Assembly (NCBI RefSeq): GCF_006345805.1
Contig: NC_042997.1
Location: forward strand, 199,206,001 to 199,270,000
DNA from: Octopus sinensis
Lineage: Eukaryota
Reading direction: 5' to 3'
Length of the DNA stretch: 64,000 nucleotides
Below, in pieces: positions 1 to 13,501 of the stretch; positions within the stretch are counted from its first letter, which is position 1; every line of letters starts with the position of its first letter. A model generated the notes under the pieces. The model saw nothing but the letters and a program-made list of their open reading frames with translations. It was not told where the DNA came from and searched no databases. Position numbers and translations under genes: made by a program.

Positions 1-718
1 CCTTTCGGGGGTCGATAAATTAAGTACCAGTTAAGCACTGGGATTGATCTAATTGACTAACCCCCTCCGCCCACCCCAAAATTTCAAGCCTTGTACCTAG
101 AGTAGAAAAGAATATTATTATGAAAGTAGTGATATGCCAGGCGAAATGCTTAGCAGTATTTTGTCTGATTAACATTCTGAGTTTAAATTCTGCCGAGGTT
201 GACATTGCTTTTTAAATTAAGTACCAGCTGTGTACTGAGGTCAATCTAAAAATTTCAGGTCTTGTACTTAGAGAAGAAAAAATATCATTATGGAAGTGGC
301 AAGCTGGCAGAATTGTTAGCATGCCAAGTGAAATGCTTAGTGGTGTTTCATCTGATTTACTTTCTGAGTTCAAATTCTACTGAGGGCGACTTTGCTTTTT
401 ATCCTTTCAGGGTCAATAAATTAAGTACCAGCTGTGTACTGAGATCGATCTAATTGACTGACCCCCTCCCACCAAATTTCAGGCCTTGTGCCTAGAGTAA
501 AAAAGAATATCATTATGAAAGTGGTGAGATGCCAGATGAAATGCTTTGCAGTATTTTGTCTGATTTACATTCTAAGTTCAAATTCTGCCGAGGTCAACTT
601 TGCTTTTTATCTTTTCAGGGCCGATAAATTAAGTACCAATAGCCTACCGAGGTTGATCAAATTGACTGACACCCTCCCTCAAAATTTCAGGCCTTGTGCC
701 TAGAGTAGAAAGGATTAT
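1..718 (+). mobile_element. Tandem cluster (~3 units) of tRNA-like SINE family A
   Basis: Repeated B-box-like GAGTTCAAATTC, central GCTTTTATCCTTTCAGGGTCGATAAATTAAGTACCAG (resembles the Nin/Deu SINE domain) and 3' AATTTCAGGCCTTGTGCCTAGAGTAGAAAAG. Confidence 0.8.
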
Positions 719-945
719 TTTACTGCGTGTCTATCATATGATTTTCCTTGAGTCAGTTAGAAATGATAATGTAGAAACAGTCTTATAGTATGAAGCTCAT
801 GTGATATATCTACATTTTTTTATAAGTTGCTTCAGGGGATTGTATAAGCTGGAGTCAGCAGCAACCTTTGTATTTTTGTAGGTCTTTTAGTTTTAATATT
901 CTTTTGTGTTGGTAGAAGAAAATGTATAATATATTCATAGATAGA

Positions 946-1395
946 GGTGCTGATGTGGCTGTGTAGTTAAGAAGCTTGCTTCTCAACCAATTAGTTTTGA
1001 GTTCAGTCTCACTGCATGGCACCATGGGCAAGTGCCTTCTACTATAGCCCCAGGCTACCTAAAGCCTTGTGATTGGATTTGGTAGATGGAAACTGAAAGA
1101 AGGCCATCGCGCGTGTGTATACACACACACACATGCATGCACACACACACATACATACATATAGATAGATAGATAATGTATATGTGTGTAGCTTTGTCTT
1201 AACATTATGGGTGTAAATGAGCATCAGTGTCAGCTAAGGTGATGTCATTCATTTCCAGTATGGAGAGAAATATCACCTTACTTGGAAGCAAATGAGGGTT
1301 GGTGACAGTAAGGGCATCTGGCCCTAAAATAATCTGCCTCAATAAATAATGTTTGGCCCATGCAAGCATGGATAAGTGGACATTAAATCTATGAT
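946..1395 (+). mobile_element. tRNA/CORE-like SINE family B with an RTE-type 3' tail
   Basis: Head GTGGCTGTGTAGTTAAG, CORE-like CCATGGGCAAGTG; ends in CCATGCAAGCATGG hairpin plus GACATTAAA..ATGATGA like the RTE terminus. Confidence 0.7.
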
Positions 1396-2029
1396 GACAA
1401 TTTTCTTTGAGGCTTAAGCAGAGCTGACATTATTTATGCTGAATATTATGTTGTCAAAATGATTTTAGCATCTACTTTTCTTGCTTATATGGGTCAGATG
1501 AAATTTAATGAAGCAGATCTTCTATGGCTGGATGTTTTTCCTGTCGCCAACCCCCCATCTCTCTCCAAGCAAGATAATTCCCTAGTTTGGACATGTTTTC
1601 TCAGAAGGTTGCAAACAAACAATACCTCTTGCATGATAATGTCAAGAACAAGTAAATACACACACCAATATATATTCTTGTCTGACCCTATCTACAAACT
1701 TGACTCACAAGATTTTGGTCAGTTCAAATCTATAGTAGAAGACTGTTGCGTAAGGTGCCACACAGTGGAACTGAATCCAAAGCCACATAAACCTGTGTTC
1801 TATGCAATGGCTACTGTTTCCTTCCTATAAAAATGTGCATCGATCATTTCAGCTCCTGTATGTCTTATGTGTATCAAGTGCACATTTGTTTTTCATCAAT
1901 TCTCTTCTGTATTTAAAGGAAAGAGGTTATGGATCTTTTTAATAACTTGTTCATATTTATGTCTATTCTATACTGGATCTTTGTCCTTTTGTAAATACTT
2001 ACGATATACTTATTACACAGACACACACT

Positions 2030-2031
<2 letters not shown>

Positions 2032-2091
<60 letters not shown>

Positions 2092-2116
2092 ATATGTGTG
2101 TGTGTGAATATGTGTG

Positions 2117-2180
<64 letters not shown>
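2032..2180. repeat. Compound (TA)n/(TG)n/(CA)n microsatellite
   Basis: Direct reading; explains the IY/YI pseudo-ORFs. Confidence 0.95.
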
Positions 2181-2326
2181 TCAAACATGCACACACATTC
2201 AGCAGGTGACAAGTTCAGAAGTTATGTCTGGCCACTTAAAATATAAAGATCTCAAAGAAAGATAAGTCTGAGAGTGAATAAAATATATTTTGTCAGACTA
2301 ATGGTCATGGATTTTATATGTGTGTG

Positions 2327-2364
<38 letters not shown>

Positions 2365-5300
2365 TATGTATGTATGTATGTATAAGATCATTCATATATA
2401 AAATAATTACTAATATTTCATCTTCTCAAGGTCAAAAGACCACTCATGTGTGAGATAGGAGACTGCAGTCAATAATGTCTTTCAGAGTTCTGACTATTGA
2501 TTGATGTTGAATGAAAGAGATTTAAGATATGACTGGAGGTGAATATTTATGGTGTTTAACATGGCCTTAGAATTTCTGTCTTCTTTTCTTCTAAATTTTA
2601 TATCATTTAGTAAAAATGTATAATGTCACCAGAGCTACAAGAAAATCAGGAAATATTCTAGAAATGTTCCTCATCTGAAGATCATTGAATGAGATGATAT
2701 GATGCTGTCATATTTGTTTAGCAGAATAGTAATTTGCCATTTGTTCATGGAATGGTTTTCATGTTTCTTTAATATTGAAACTGTGTTATTATTAGCTAAT
2801 ATCTTCGCTATCTAGATGTACAAAGCATTAATAAAAGTCTGAAAGTTCTAACTTTGCCAAAGTAATTTTTTTCTTCTATTCCTTCAAATTTATATTCTTT
2901 GCCATAGAATGAACTTTGCACTAAAAAGATTCTTTCTTAAGAAAATAAAGATTTCGGTGCTGTGTGTACTCCACAAACAGGTTATTAGCTGATAATTATT
3001 AATGCTTGAAATATTGAAATCTTACTGATATAGTAAATTTACTATCTCAAATGCCATTCTGGCTTTTATAATGTGGTTCTAATCCCACTGTTATCTTTCT
3101 TTTTTTTTTTTCCATAACTCAACCATTAATATTAAATCTCTTATTCCTTTGTCTATTTTTTTTTTTTACTTTTTCATTTTACATCTTTCACACGAAGCAA
3201 ACTTGTTAATCAGCTTAGCTAAAAACATTAATCTCTGAAAAAATTCTAACATCTTTTACTTTTACTTACATTTTCTCTTGCTAAACTTACAACATAAGTT
3301 CAATTTTTCTGATTATTTTATTTCCATAATCTATAAAATACAACATCTAGTTGGTCACAAAGACAATATGTGTTTTTGTGTGTAATCCTGTGTGCGTGTA
3401 TATCAATGTATGTTCTTTATTTGACCTACTTGCAGTTGACTTTATATTGATGTGCCTGTGAAGTGAAACGAAAAGCAGTAAAATCCTTGATTTGCTTCTA
3501 AAGTGTATTAAACAGAGTTAAAGAAATGGTTTATGATCTTTCAAGTGCTTCAAGCCTTCTGGTTATTTTTGAATAACTTTTGGAGCATTCACTAAGAATT
3601 CAACCAAGGAAAGAACTCCAACCACGTTTTGTGGTTTGCCACCCCAACAGCTTCTTTATAGGATCCAATGGCTAAAGACATCATCAGAAGGAACCATGTC
3701 TGGTTTTGGCCCCTACTCCTTTACTGTTTTCGACGTGGTGGGGCCCTGCCTTTCAGAGGTGCCTTCAGCCCTGGTGTTGAGTGCGTTTATTCTTTCTCCT
3801 TTTCTCTTTTGTTCTTTGGTTTCTTCAATGCAGCGTCAACAAATGTCAGCAAGCAACTGACCATCCTGCCACATTTCCCTTTAAACACTCGCCGGTAGGC
3901 TCCAGTAAAAGAATAAAGAGTAGATAAATATTTACAAACATACACACACGTATATGCATCTGATGCATGCAAGCATAGAAAAACAGACAAATATATGTGG
4001 TTCAAGAAGTTTGCTTCTCGACCACATTGTTTTGGGTTCAGTCCCACTCTGAGGCACCTTGAAAGAGTGTCTTCTACTACAGCCCCAAACTAACCAAAGC
4101 CTTGTGAGTAGATTAGGTAGATGGAAAGTTTAAGAAATATACATACATACATACATATATATATATATTTAAATTACAACTTAGATACCCTAAGTTGTAA
4201 TTTTAATAATTATTACCTTTGAAGGTTATTATTTCCATGCTGGCCACTTGATAAGATCGTTTTTTTATTTTAAATTAACAATCTTATCCTTATTTATACA
4301 CATACACACACATATATATACACACACACACACATATATATATATACACTCACACACATATATATATATATATATAATATATATATATTCTTAATGTACC
4401 TTGGAAGAATAAATGCCTAGAGATGAAGTGGGTGGGGGAGGTTCTCATTGGGTTTATGGAAATGGTAGTATTGTTTTGAATATGATAATATAAGAAGCTG
4501 GCTCTCTTGTTACACACCTCAAATGATACCGAGGCAAGGGTGTGTGAGTGTATGTGAAGTCCACCACAGTGGTAATGATGATGATGAGTGTATGTGTGTG
4601 TGCACACTTGCACATGTGTGAGGGTAGTGTTTGTCTTGCTTAAGGACAAAACTCGTAACTCAACTCACTGTAGATTCTACTGTTACTTTCTGGCCAGGTG
4701 TTTAAAAGAAAATACTTCCAACAAATGTACAGCCTTTTAAAATTCATGAAAATCTTCTCACTCCCATTAGAATCCTCTGGTAATAACAGATATAAAAGAG
4801 CAGCATAAACAGCAGTGCAGTTTAATGAATAAACAACAATGCAGATTGCATCTTGTCAAACTAGACATCATTAGACAAAGTATCTCATTTGCTTTGCAAT
4901 TAGCTTCATAAACACTCAAAGGATTGGGTAGAATTGCACAAACGCTTCATGGGTATCCAATTAAGTTCCTTGTAGTTGAAATCTTCTGTGTAAAATTCAG
5001 AATTAGATTTCCTCGTGACTTAGGGAAATATGTTGGGAAAAACGATACCAGAGAAATTTGACATTTCCAGTTATAAAATTCAAAAGTGTTATGGGAATAT
5101 AGACTACAGCAGAACAATGACGAAGTGTTCTTCACTTTGCATAAAGGATAGACTGTAATGATTCGTGTTTTATAATTCTAAGAGGCAGAAATTATCAGTA
5201 AATGGGAATAAGGAAGTTAAGTATAATCCAAAATGTAGAGTGTAAATGAAGTGAAAGAAGATTAGTTGTTAAAGGCTTTACATATACTCGTGACATTAAT

Positions 5301-6493
5301 CTATTGAAGGCTAATTAGTAGCAAGCATATACCTTTTCTAAAAAGGAGAACTTATTCAAAGATTGATTAGATTTCCAAATGAGAGGTTTCGTTGCTTATA
5401 AGATGGTAATTTTTCATGCTATTAACTTGATCTTTGGAAAATTTGTCAACACTGACATTTATACTGTCTTTTCAGCAGTTTGATCACTGCTTGTTATCAA
5501 GTATCTTATTCCTGAATATGTATATATATATATACATATATATATTTACAAGAATCAACAAGAGAAACAGAGACAGGCAGAAACAAGGAAAATGCCACTT
5601 GTATTTGAACACTATACAAATATTCTTTTAAAAAAACTTTTTAAATTTTTCTAAATTTAATTATTTTCCATACTTAAAGTTGAAAAAGTCTCAATAGCTG
5701 AAACCGGTACTGAAATGATTTTTATAAAATTATTTTAGCATTTTCTATCTTGACTTTTTTTCCATATATATATATAATCAATGCAAGTATAGCTTATCCT
5801 TATAAAGGATTATTATAGCCAAAATTTCATTGGTTTAATCACCAACACTGTTGAGGAATATCTCATTGGATATGTATGGGATTATTATAAGTATAGATAT
5901 GATTAAAGAAGAAGAATGAAGAGTTGGTAAGAGTAGAGAATTAATTTATTAACATACTACCAAAAGTCATGCCTATATACGTTTCAATTCAGTCCAATAT
6001 ATAATTTCAAATTCAAAGATTGGAATCAATCCAAAGATTAGAATAAAATAGCATTTTGAATGATATTGGGTAGAATCTCATCAGGGCTAGAGTACAATAG
6101 AAATAGTTATATGTTGGTAGATCCCATCCAACCCATGCCAGCATGGAAAATGGACGTTAAACGATGATGATGATTGGATTTTATCAATAGACTAAAAAAA
6201 TTCAGAAATTCATTATGTGTATGTTAATAATTTTTTTTTAATGTTATTAAAAAATAAAAATATAGTATAAGGGTAAAAAATGAAAGATAAAAACCAAATG
6301 ATAATAAATATATGATTTAAAGTAAAATAAAAAATAAAGCTGCTGTCTGTGTAAATTTCTATTGGCTTATGTAATCAATGTCTGTGTCTTTATTATTATA
6401 AAATCTTATTGAATCAGATTGATTCATTTATGTATGTATGTATGTGTGTATGTAGTGTAATTTGAAGAGGATAGCTGTTAAAAATATATATTA

Positions 6494-6886
6494 CTAGCAG
6501 TATCGCCCGGCGTTGCTCAGGTTTGTTTTGACCCTTTAGAATTGGAATTTTTGAAAAGTAAAAATTCTGTATTATGTAGTTTGTTATTCTCTTCAAGTGA
6601 ACATTTTTCTGGTTGAAATACACCAAAAAATGGCGACACAGCAGTAAAAAAAATCGTAAAAAATAGGGATTTTCATAGAAAAAAAGCACATTTTTGATGT
6701 AAATAGGTTTTGGTGTTAACATGGTCTGATTTGAATTTTTTCTTCTAGGGAAGGAAGAGCAAGCCTTTTTCTATCATACTCTCAATTTTGGTCAACTTGC
6801 ACTGCAGGGTCTCAGAGGAGATAGTGTTAGTTGAAGGCAACCAAACTTGCCATACACAGACAACTTCAGCTTTATATATAGAGAGA
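6494..6886 (-). mobile_element. Non-autonomous Helitron
   Basis: Minus strand starts A|TCTCTCTATATA and ends with a GC-rich hairpin (plus CGCCCGGCGTTGCTCAGG) followed by CTAG|T; no TSD. Confidence 0.75.
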
Positions 6887-7395
6887 TTTATATATCTGTA
6901 TATATACTGCTATTAACGTTTAGCATATGTACATGTGTTTGTTTATAAATATCTTTTGTATGTATGTATGTATGTTTGTGCATGAGTATACAGATATCAT
7001 AAATAATTTAGTCAGGGCCCATGCCAGTGTCACATACCTGGCATCTGTACTGGTGGTACATAAAAAAGCACTCTTTGAACTTTGGGCCTCATGGAGGCAG
7101 TGACAAGTGACCGAGACCTTTGGTAATATGCTGTGCTTGAGAAGACCGGTCAAGTGAGATCATAGTCATGGCTGAATCTGGTGTTTTGTAATTGGTACTC
7201 ATGCCAGTGACACATAAAAAGCATCCACTACACTTTTGAAGTGGTTGGCATTAGGAATGGCATCCAGCTGTAGAAACTATGCCAAATCAGACTGGAACCT
7301 GGTGCAACTCTCTAGCTTTCAGTCAGTCCATCCAACCCATGCCAGCATGGAACACAGGCATTAAATGATGATGATAATTATCATAATGATATATA

Positions 7396-7605
7396 CAGGG
7401 TGCAGCAGAAATACCTTCCACATTTGAAAGGTTGACAAAAGGAAAAGAAACAACATTTATGAAAAATTAATTTTACTGTTGTTTAAACAAAGGGTTACAG
7501 TTTTTGTTCCTTAGCTCAATGAAAACATTATTGGCATTTGCATGAGTTCATTAGCAACACATAGGTGAAAGTTTAAAATGTGGGAGGTATTTCTGCCACA
7601 CCCTG
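7396..7605. mobile_element. Tc1/mariner-type MITE
   Basis: TA-flanked; ~30-bp TIRs CAGGGTGCAGCAGAAATACCTTCCACATTT / AAATGTGGGAGGTATTTCTGCCACACCCTG. Confidence 0.85.
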
Positions 7606-7683
<78 letters not shown>

Positions 7684-7711
7684 CACACACACACATATAT
7701 ATATATATATA

Positions 7712-8071
7712 TCATCATCATCATCGTTTAACGTCCGCTTTCCATGCTAGCATGGGTTGGACTGTTCAACTGGGGTCTGGGAAGCCCGAAGGCTGCACCA
7801 GGCCAGTCAGATCTGGCAGTGATTCTACATCTGGATGCCCTTCCTAACGCCAACCACTCCGTGAGTGTAGTGGGTGCTTTTTATGTGCCACCGACACAGG
7901 TGCCAGACGAGGCTGGCGAACGGCCACGCCCGGATGGTGTTTGTTACGTGCCCCCAGCACGGAGGCCAGTCAATGTGGTACTGGCTACGGCCACGTTCGG
8001 ATGGTTTTCTTATGTGCCACCGGCACTGGTACCACAAAAATACAAATTCCATTGATGTTCATCGATTTTGA
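7712..8071 (-). mobile_element. 5'-truncated RTE LINE 3' UTR (same subfamily as 28849-33451)
   Basis: Reverse complement matches ~32895-33450 with one copy of each module and a (GAT)n tail. Confidence 0.9.
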
Positions 8072-8158
8072 TATATATATATATATATATATACATATAC
8101 ACATATATATATACACACACACACATATATATATATATACATATACACATATATATAT

Positions 8159-8189
<31 letters not shown>

Positions 8190-8194
8190 CATAA

Positions 8195-8229
<35 letters not shown>

Positions 8230-8580
8230 CATAAACACACACACACATATATATATAAGTATCATACCAGCGTGTATTCAAGCAATTCAAAAATAAGGAT
8301 TCCTAGTTTAGCAATAAGATACCTACTGACAATCAGAAATCAAACTGATTAAAATGCAGGTGTTGTAAGGTAAATCATTCTCAAAGAGAGTAATTTAGAT
8401 ATAGCAAGAGAGAGTTCAAGAAGGAACATTTATCATTATAAGAGGTAACCATACATTAATGACACTTCGATAAAGTATATCTCAAAATAGTTGTCTAAGT
8501 ATATTCTGACTCATCAAAATCTTAGTTTGCTTGTTTTCAAGTCTATCAGCTGTCAACGTTGGCATATTTGGTAGCATTAA

Positions 8581-8982
8581 CCCTTTCGATACCAACCCGG
8601 CTGAAACTGCCTCTGACTCTGTAGTACAAATGTCTTGTTTTCATAAGTTTTGAATTAAAATCTTCCACCAAACCTTAGTCATAATTAATGCTCCTAACAC
8701 TAGCTTAATGATAACTAAGTTATTTTACTAAATTCTTTGTTATATTTAAAATTAATTGAAAGAAACACAGAGTATCCCAACAGAAATATACTAACAAAAG
8801 GGTTGACAAATTATTAATTTAACCCTTTTCATACTGACCTGGCTGAAACCAGCTTGGGCTCTGGGTACAAATATTTTGTTTTCATAAGTTTTGAATTAAA
8901 ATCTTCCACCAAACCTTATTCATAATTTATGTTCCTAACACTAGCTGAATGATAACTAAGTTATTTTACTAAATTCTTTGTT
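8581..8982. mobile_element. Head-to-tail pair of piggyBac-type MITEs (8581-8802 complete; 8823-8982 truncated)
   Basis: TTAA|CCCTTTCGATAC...CTAACAAAAGGG|TTGA; the second copy starts TTAA|CCCTTTTCATAC and is cut off by an RTE fragment. Confidence 0.85.
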
Positions 8983-10195
8983 GGACGATTTGACTGATGA
9001 CTGGCAAACCAGATGACTGCACCAGGCTCTAATCTTGATCCGGCAGAGTTTCTACAGCTGGATACCCTTCCTAATGCCAACCACTCCAAGAGTGTAGTGG
9101 GTGCTTTTACGTGCCACCGGCACAGGAACCAGTCAGGCAGTACTGGCAATGGTCACACTCAAATGGTGTTTTTATGCGCCACCTGCACAAGAGCCAGTCC
9201 AGGAGCACTGGCAATGATCTCGCTCAAATAATATATACACACACACACGACGGGCTTCTTTCAGTTTCCATCTACCAAATCCACTTACAAGGTTTTGGTT
9301 GGCCCGAGGCTATAGTAGAAGATACTTACTTGCCCAAGGTGCCATGCAGTGGGACTGGACTTGGAACCATGTGGTTGGGAAGCAAGCTTCTTACCACACA
9401 GCTACTCCTGTTTCTATATGTGTGTGTGCTTATAAATATTTATATATGTGTGTATGTTAATAAATATTTATGTGTGTGTATGTATGGAATGAAATAAACA
9501 AAGAAATCTTCTATAAACAAAACATAAAGATTCAACAGCAATAATGATGATAACCCTGCAGAAATTATTCAATAAATTAATATTAAATAATTCTGTGTCT
9601 CTGTGTACATGTATTCTTATGAACATGTGTTTTCATCTCTTAATATCGTGGAATCCCTATATTTATATTTTTATTAATATGGAGATAAGTGTTGTGTGAT
9701 CAAATAACCCAGTAACTACAATTCAGTTGTATACTGTTAAATGAAAATAATGGCCATTGTGAGAGAAGGTATTTCATATATTAATGTAGATTATGAAAGT
9801 CTTTTGGGTTGGTTTTATTTGAGAATATTAAACAGTGAAATGAGATCTGAATCATTATTGGATGTAGTGATTGCAAGGAGATTTTTAGAAAGTAGTCTGA
9901 GCAAAGAAAAGCCATATATCAATAATTTCTGAGGAAAGAAATAGATAAATGTATTGATAGAGAGTGAAAAAAAAAAAAAAAAAATTTGGTCAATATGCTC
10001 TTTGTTACAGCAGGATTTTAATTGGCATTGTGTATAATTCTTGGAGCAATCTATCACTGAGAAATTTGGAAAGAAATAAAATCGTTAAGTTGTTATTCTG
10101 TGCAGAAATGAGAGGCAATGCTTCATTTCGAGTCTTTTTTTCTTCTTATATTAAATGCGAATGACAGCGTCATATCTGTGTTGTGTCTTTCAAAC

Positions 10196-10540
10196 AATAT
10201 ATATATATATATATATATATATGGACAGATGTATATATATATATATATATACGTATATGCATATACATATATATGTATGTATATATATATATATGTACGT
10301 ATATATATATGTACGTATATATATATATGCATATATATGTATATGCATATATATATATATATGCATATATATATATATGTATGTGTATATATATATATTA
10401 TTATATTTATACTATTATATATATGCATATATATATATATATGTATAAACACACACACATATATATATAGATATACACATATATATATGTATATACACAC
10501 ACATACATACACACACACACACACATGCATATATATATAT

Positions 10541-10582
<42 letters not shown>
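10196..10582. repeat. Compound (TA)n/(TATG)n/(CA)n microsatellite
   Basis: Direct reading. Confidence 0.95.
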
Positions 10583-10586
<4 letters not shown>

Positions 10587-11496
10587 CCTTTACAACAGAG
10601 GAAGAAATTTAATAGATCTCATATGATTGAAGATTCCTTAATAGGAATATACATATTTTCTTCTAATTGTTTATAGAAAAATGAATGCAAATGTATTCAC
10701 AAAAAGAAAGAAAAACAAAACAAAACGAAATTTCTGCAGTTAGAAGAACCTTATTTTCTGTCGGTCATAATATTGGAATATATATTCCTCTAGAATTACT
10801 TTCATTAGAAAGCAATTTATGCTTAAAGTGGAATGTTCAGTAAGTTTGATGTTATGTTTTTTTCTATATTGTGCAGAAATTCTTGAAATATTTTTTCATA
10901 TCATAATCTCTGGACAACTAATATTTAAACAGTTATCCTATTTCCCTGCGGAACTGTAGCACTTAAGCAACTAGTATATTTTAGAAGAAAATATAGTAAT
11001 GAATATATTTTAACTAATTCAAGGATATTTTTAAAAAATGGAGACATTAGTAAGAAATCCAATTACATATGTATATTGAATGAAACTAAGAATTTACTAA
11101 TAATTCTAGCATCATAAAAATTCTAAAATATATTTCTGAAATACTCATGAAAACAGTTTCATTTCCCATATGATTGCAATATAAGCCAGAAAAAAGTACT
11201 TAGATTTGGGTGAGTTCATATTTAATTTTGTTTGGGATAACTCGGTACTTAATGCTAATGAAAACTGTAGCAAGTTCCTAATCTTTTGAGAATTATTTAT
11301 GTAAATATATAAACGAAATGCAGATTGGTCATCATGTGTTTCCTTTTCAATTGCTTCCACTGACACCGCTCACTCTCTCTCTCTCTTTCTCCATCCCCTG
11401 TAGGCCTATATTCATCTTTTGTATTGTTTTAAGATGCAGGAAAAATGCACACATGACTACCAAAAACAGACCAGTTTCACGAAAGCCTGAAATTAA

Positions 11497-11751
11497 CCCT
11501 TTCGTTACTATACTTCTGACCAAAAAAATCTCCCAAAATTCATGGAATTAAAATTACACTTCGATTGTTGTACAAAACTGTAGATGAACTGTTTACGAAG
11601 TATAATACGTGTTTTCATGAATGTACTAAAGAGATTTGCTCTGATATTCTCATTTAAATATGAATAGGTAAATACGGGCGGGTTTGGGCAGTTTGGTCAC
11701 ATTAACCAAAATTTTTTTTGGCCAGCTTTGGGCGGTTTGGTAACGAAAGGG
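11497..11751. mobile_element. piggyBac-type MITE, second family
   Basis: TTAA|CCCTTTCGTTAC ... GTAACGAAAGGG|TTAA: perfect 12-bp TIR and TTAA TSD; internal sequence differs from the 8581 family. Confidence 0.9.
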
Positions 11752-12165
11752 TTAAAGCCCTAAAATGAGGCTGCTTGATTCACTGACGTGTTCAACAGAG
11801 CTGGTTGCTCTGAGCTAAAATGTATAATTTCTAAATAGTTTGCACAGCTCAGTTTGACTTCAGTTCAGATTGACTTTTCGAAATAGAAAAAATAAAATTC
11901 TATTGGCGAATTATTTATATCAAAATTAGGTGTTTTATGCTGTGGATTATATTTGCTTAACTACATCTAATTATAATTTCACAACATCAGTTGGAATACA
12001 AAAATAAATGGCTACACTATATTGCAGGTACTAACTCTAAATACCCTCAAATAGTTACTGAATGAAGAATTCACAAAAGAAGAAATTCAGCTAATTCTGG
12101 AAACCTTAAAAATAGTATACAAAAGAGTTTAAATTGATTTAATACCTGTGTGTTTTATTTTTGGT

Positions 12166-12470
12166 AATCCATTATTGTTGTTAGCATTATTATTAGCATT
12201 ATCACTATTATTATTATTATTATCACTATTATTATTATTACTATCACTATTATTATCATTATATTTATTATTATTATTATCATCACTATTTTTATCATTA
12301 TTACTTTTATTATTATCATTTTTATCACTATTATTATTATTATTATTATTATCATCATCATCACTACTATTATTATCATTATTATTATTGTTATTATTAT
12401 TTTAATGATCATATTCCTCACTTCATGTGTCAAAGTTAAGCTATCATTATTATCAACATCATTATTATTT
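12166..12470. repeat. Degenerate (TTA)n/(TCA)n trinucleotide repeat
   Basis: Direct reading; source of the poly-Leu and poly-Ile pseudo-ORFs. Confidence 0.9.
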
Positions 12471-13114
12471 GCTGTAGTTTTATTTTTATTGCTTCGTTTC
12501 ACTAAGTAACCAAATGCAGTTCTGTGTGCTTTCGGAATGTGCAGCATTTTGTTTTGTTTTCTGTTTTTCTTTTTGTCTATTGTATTAACGACATTCTATG
12601 TATAACATGTGTGCAGTGTTTAGCAGTTCTATTTTCTGTACATTCTATTCATGTGTAAATCCTAGAGTTTGGGTTAACTTTTTGTCTGTATCTTTTTTTA
12701 ATCATTTCCAGGCTCCATTTAATCTATTTTTAATCATCCCCATTATTAATATCATTATTATCATCATCATCATCATCATCTAGAACAGTGAGATGGCTGA
12801 TTTGGTGAGATCATTGGAAAAAATTACTTTGAAGCATTTGTTCTAGCACTTAACCATCTGATTTCAAATCCCTCAAAGATCAAGTTTACTTTTCAGCCCT
12901 CCAGGGTCAATTAGATAAGATAGCAGTCTAGTATAGGGGTCAATGGTATTCACTAATCCAAATTGTTGATCTTGTGCCAAATTAGAAAAGATCATTTCCA
13001 TCGTCATCAAGGAAGATACCGAAGACTGAAAATGTAGAGCTTCAAATACACAAAGCAATCCTGCATTTAGTTAGATCCTGTTGCATTCTGGGATTTAACT
13101 CATGCCACGGTCAA

Positions 13115-13501
13115 CTGTGTGGTAAGTAGCTTGCTTACCCACCGCATGGTTCCAGGTTCTGTTCCACTGCATGGCACCTTGGGGAAGTGTCTTCTATTAT
13201 AGCCTCAGGCCAACCAAAGCCTTGTGAGTGGATTTGGTAGACAGAAACTGAAAGAAACCCATCGTATATATGTATGTATGTATGTGTGTGTATATGTTTG
13301 TGTGTCTGTGTTTGTCCCCCCGACATCGCTTGACAACCGATGCTGGTGCATTAACGTCCCCGTAACTTAGCAGTTCGGCAAAAGAGAGCAACAGAATAAG
13401 TACTCGGCTTACAAAGAATAAGTCCTGGGATCGATTTGTTCGACTAAAGGTGGTGCTCCAGCATGGCTGTAGACAAATGAGTGAAACAAGTAAAAGAGAG
13501 T
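13115..13501 (+). mobile_element. SINE family B, near full length
   Basis: CTGTGTGGTAAGTAGCTTGC head, ACCTTGGGGAAGTGTC core, GAAACAAGTAAAAGAG tail. Confidence 0.9.

Noticed and set aside
1867-2265. ORFs rich in IY/YI/CV/HT (also 8-10.6 kb, 34.4-35 kb, 47.3-47.9 kb)
   Set aside because: Translations of dinucleotide microsatellites.
12148-12547. Poly-Leu 'signal/TM' and poly-Ile ORFs
   Set aside because: Translations of a (TTA)n repeat.
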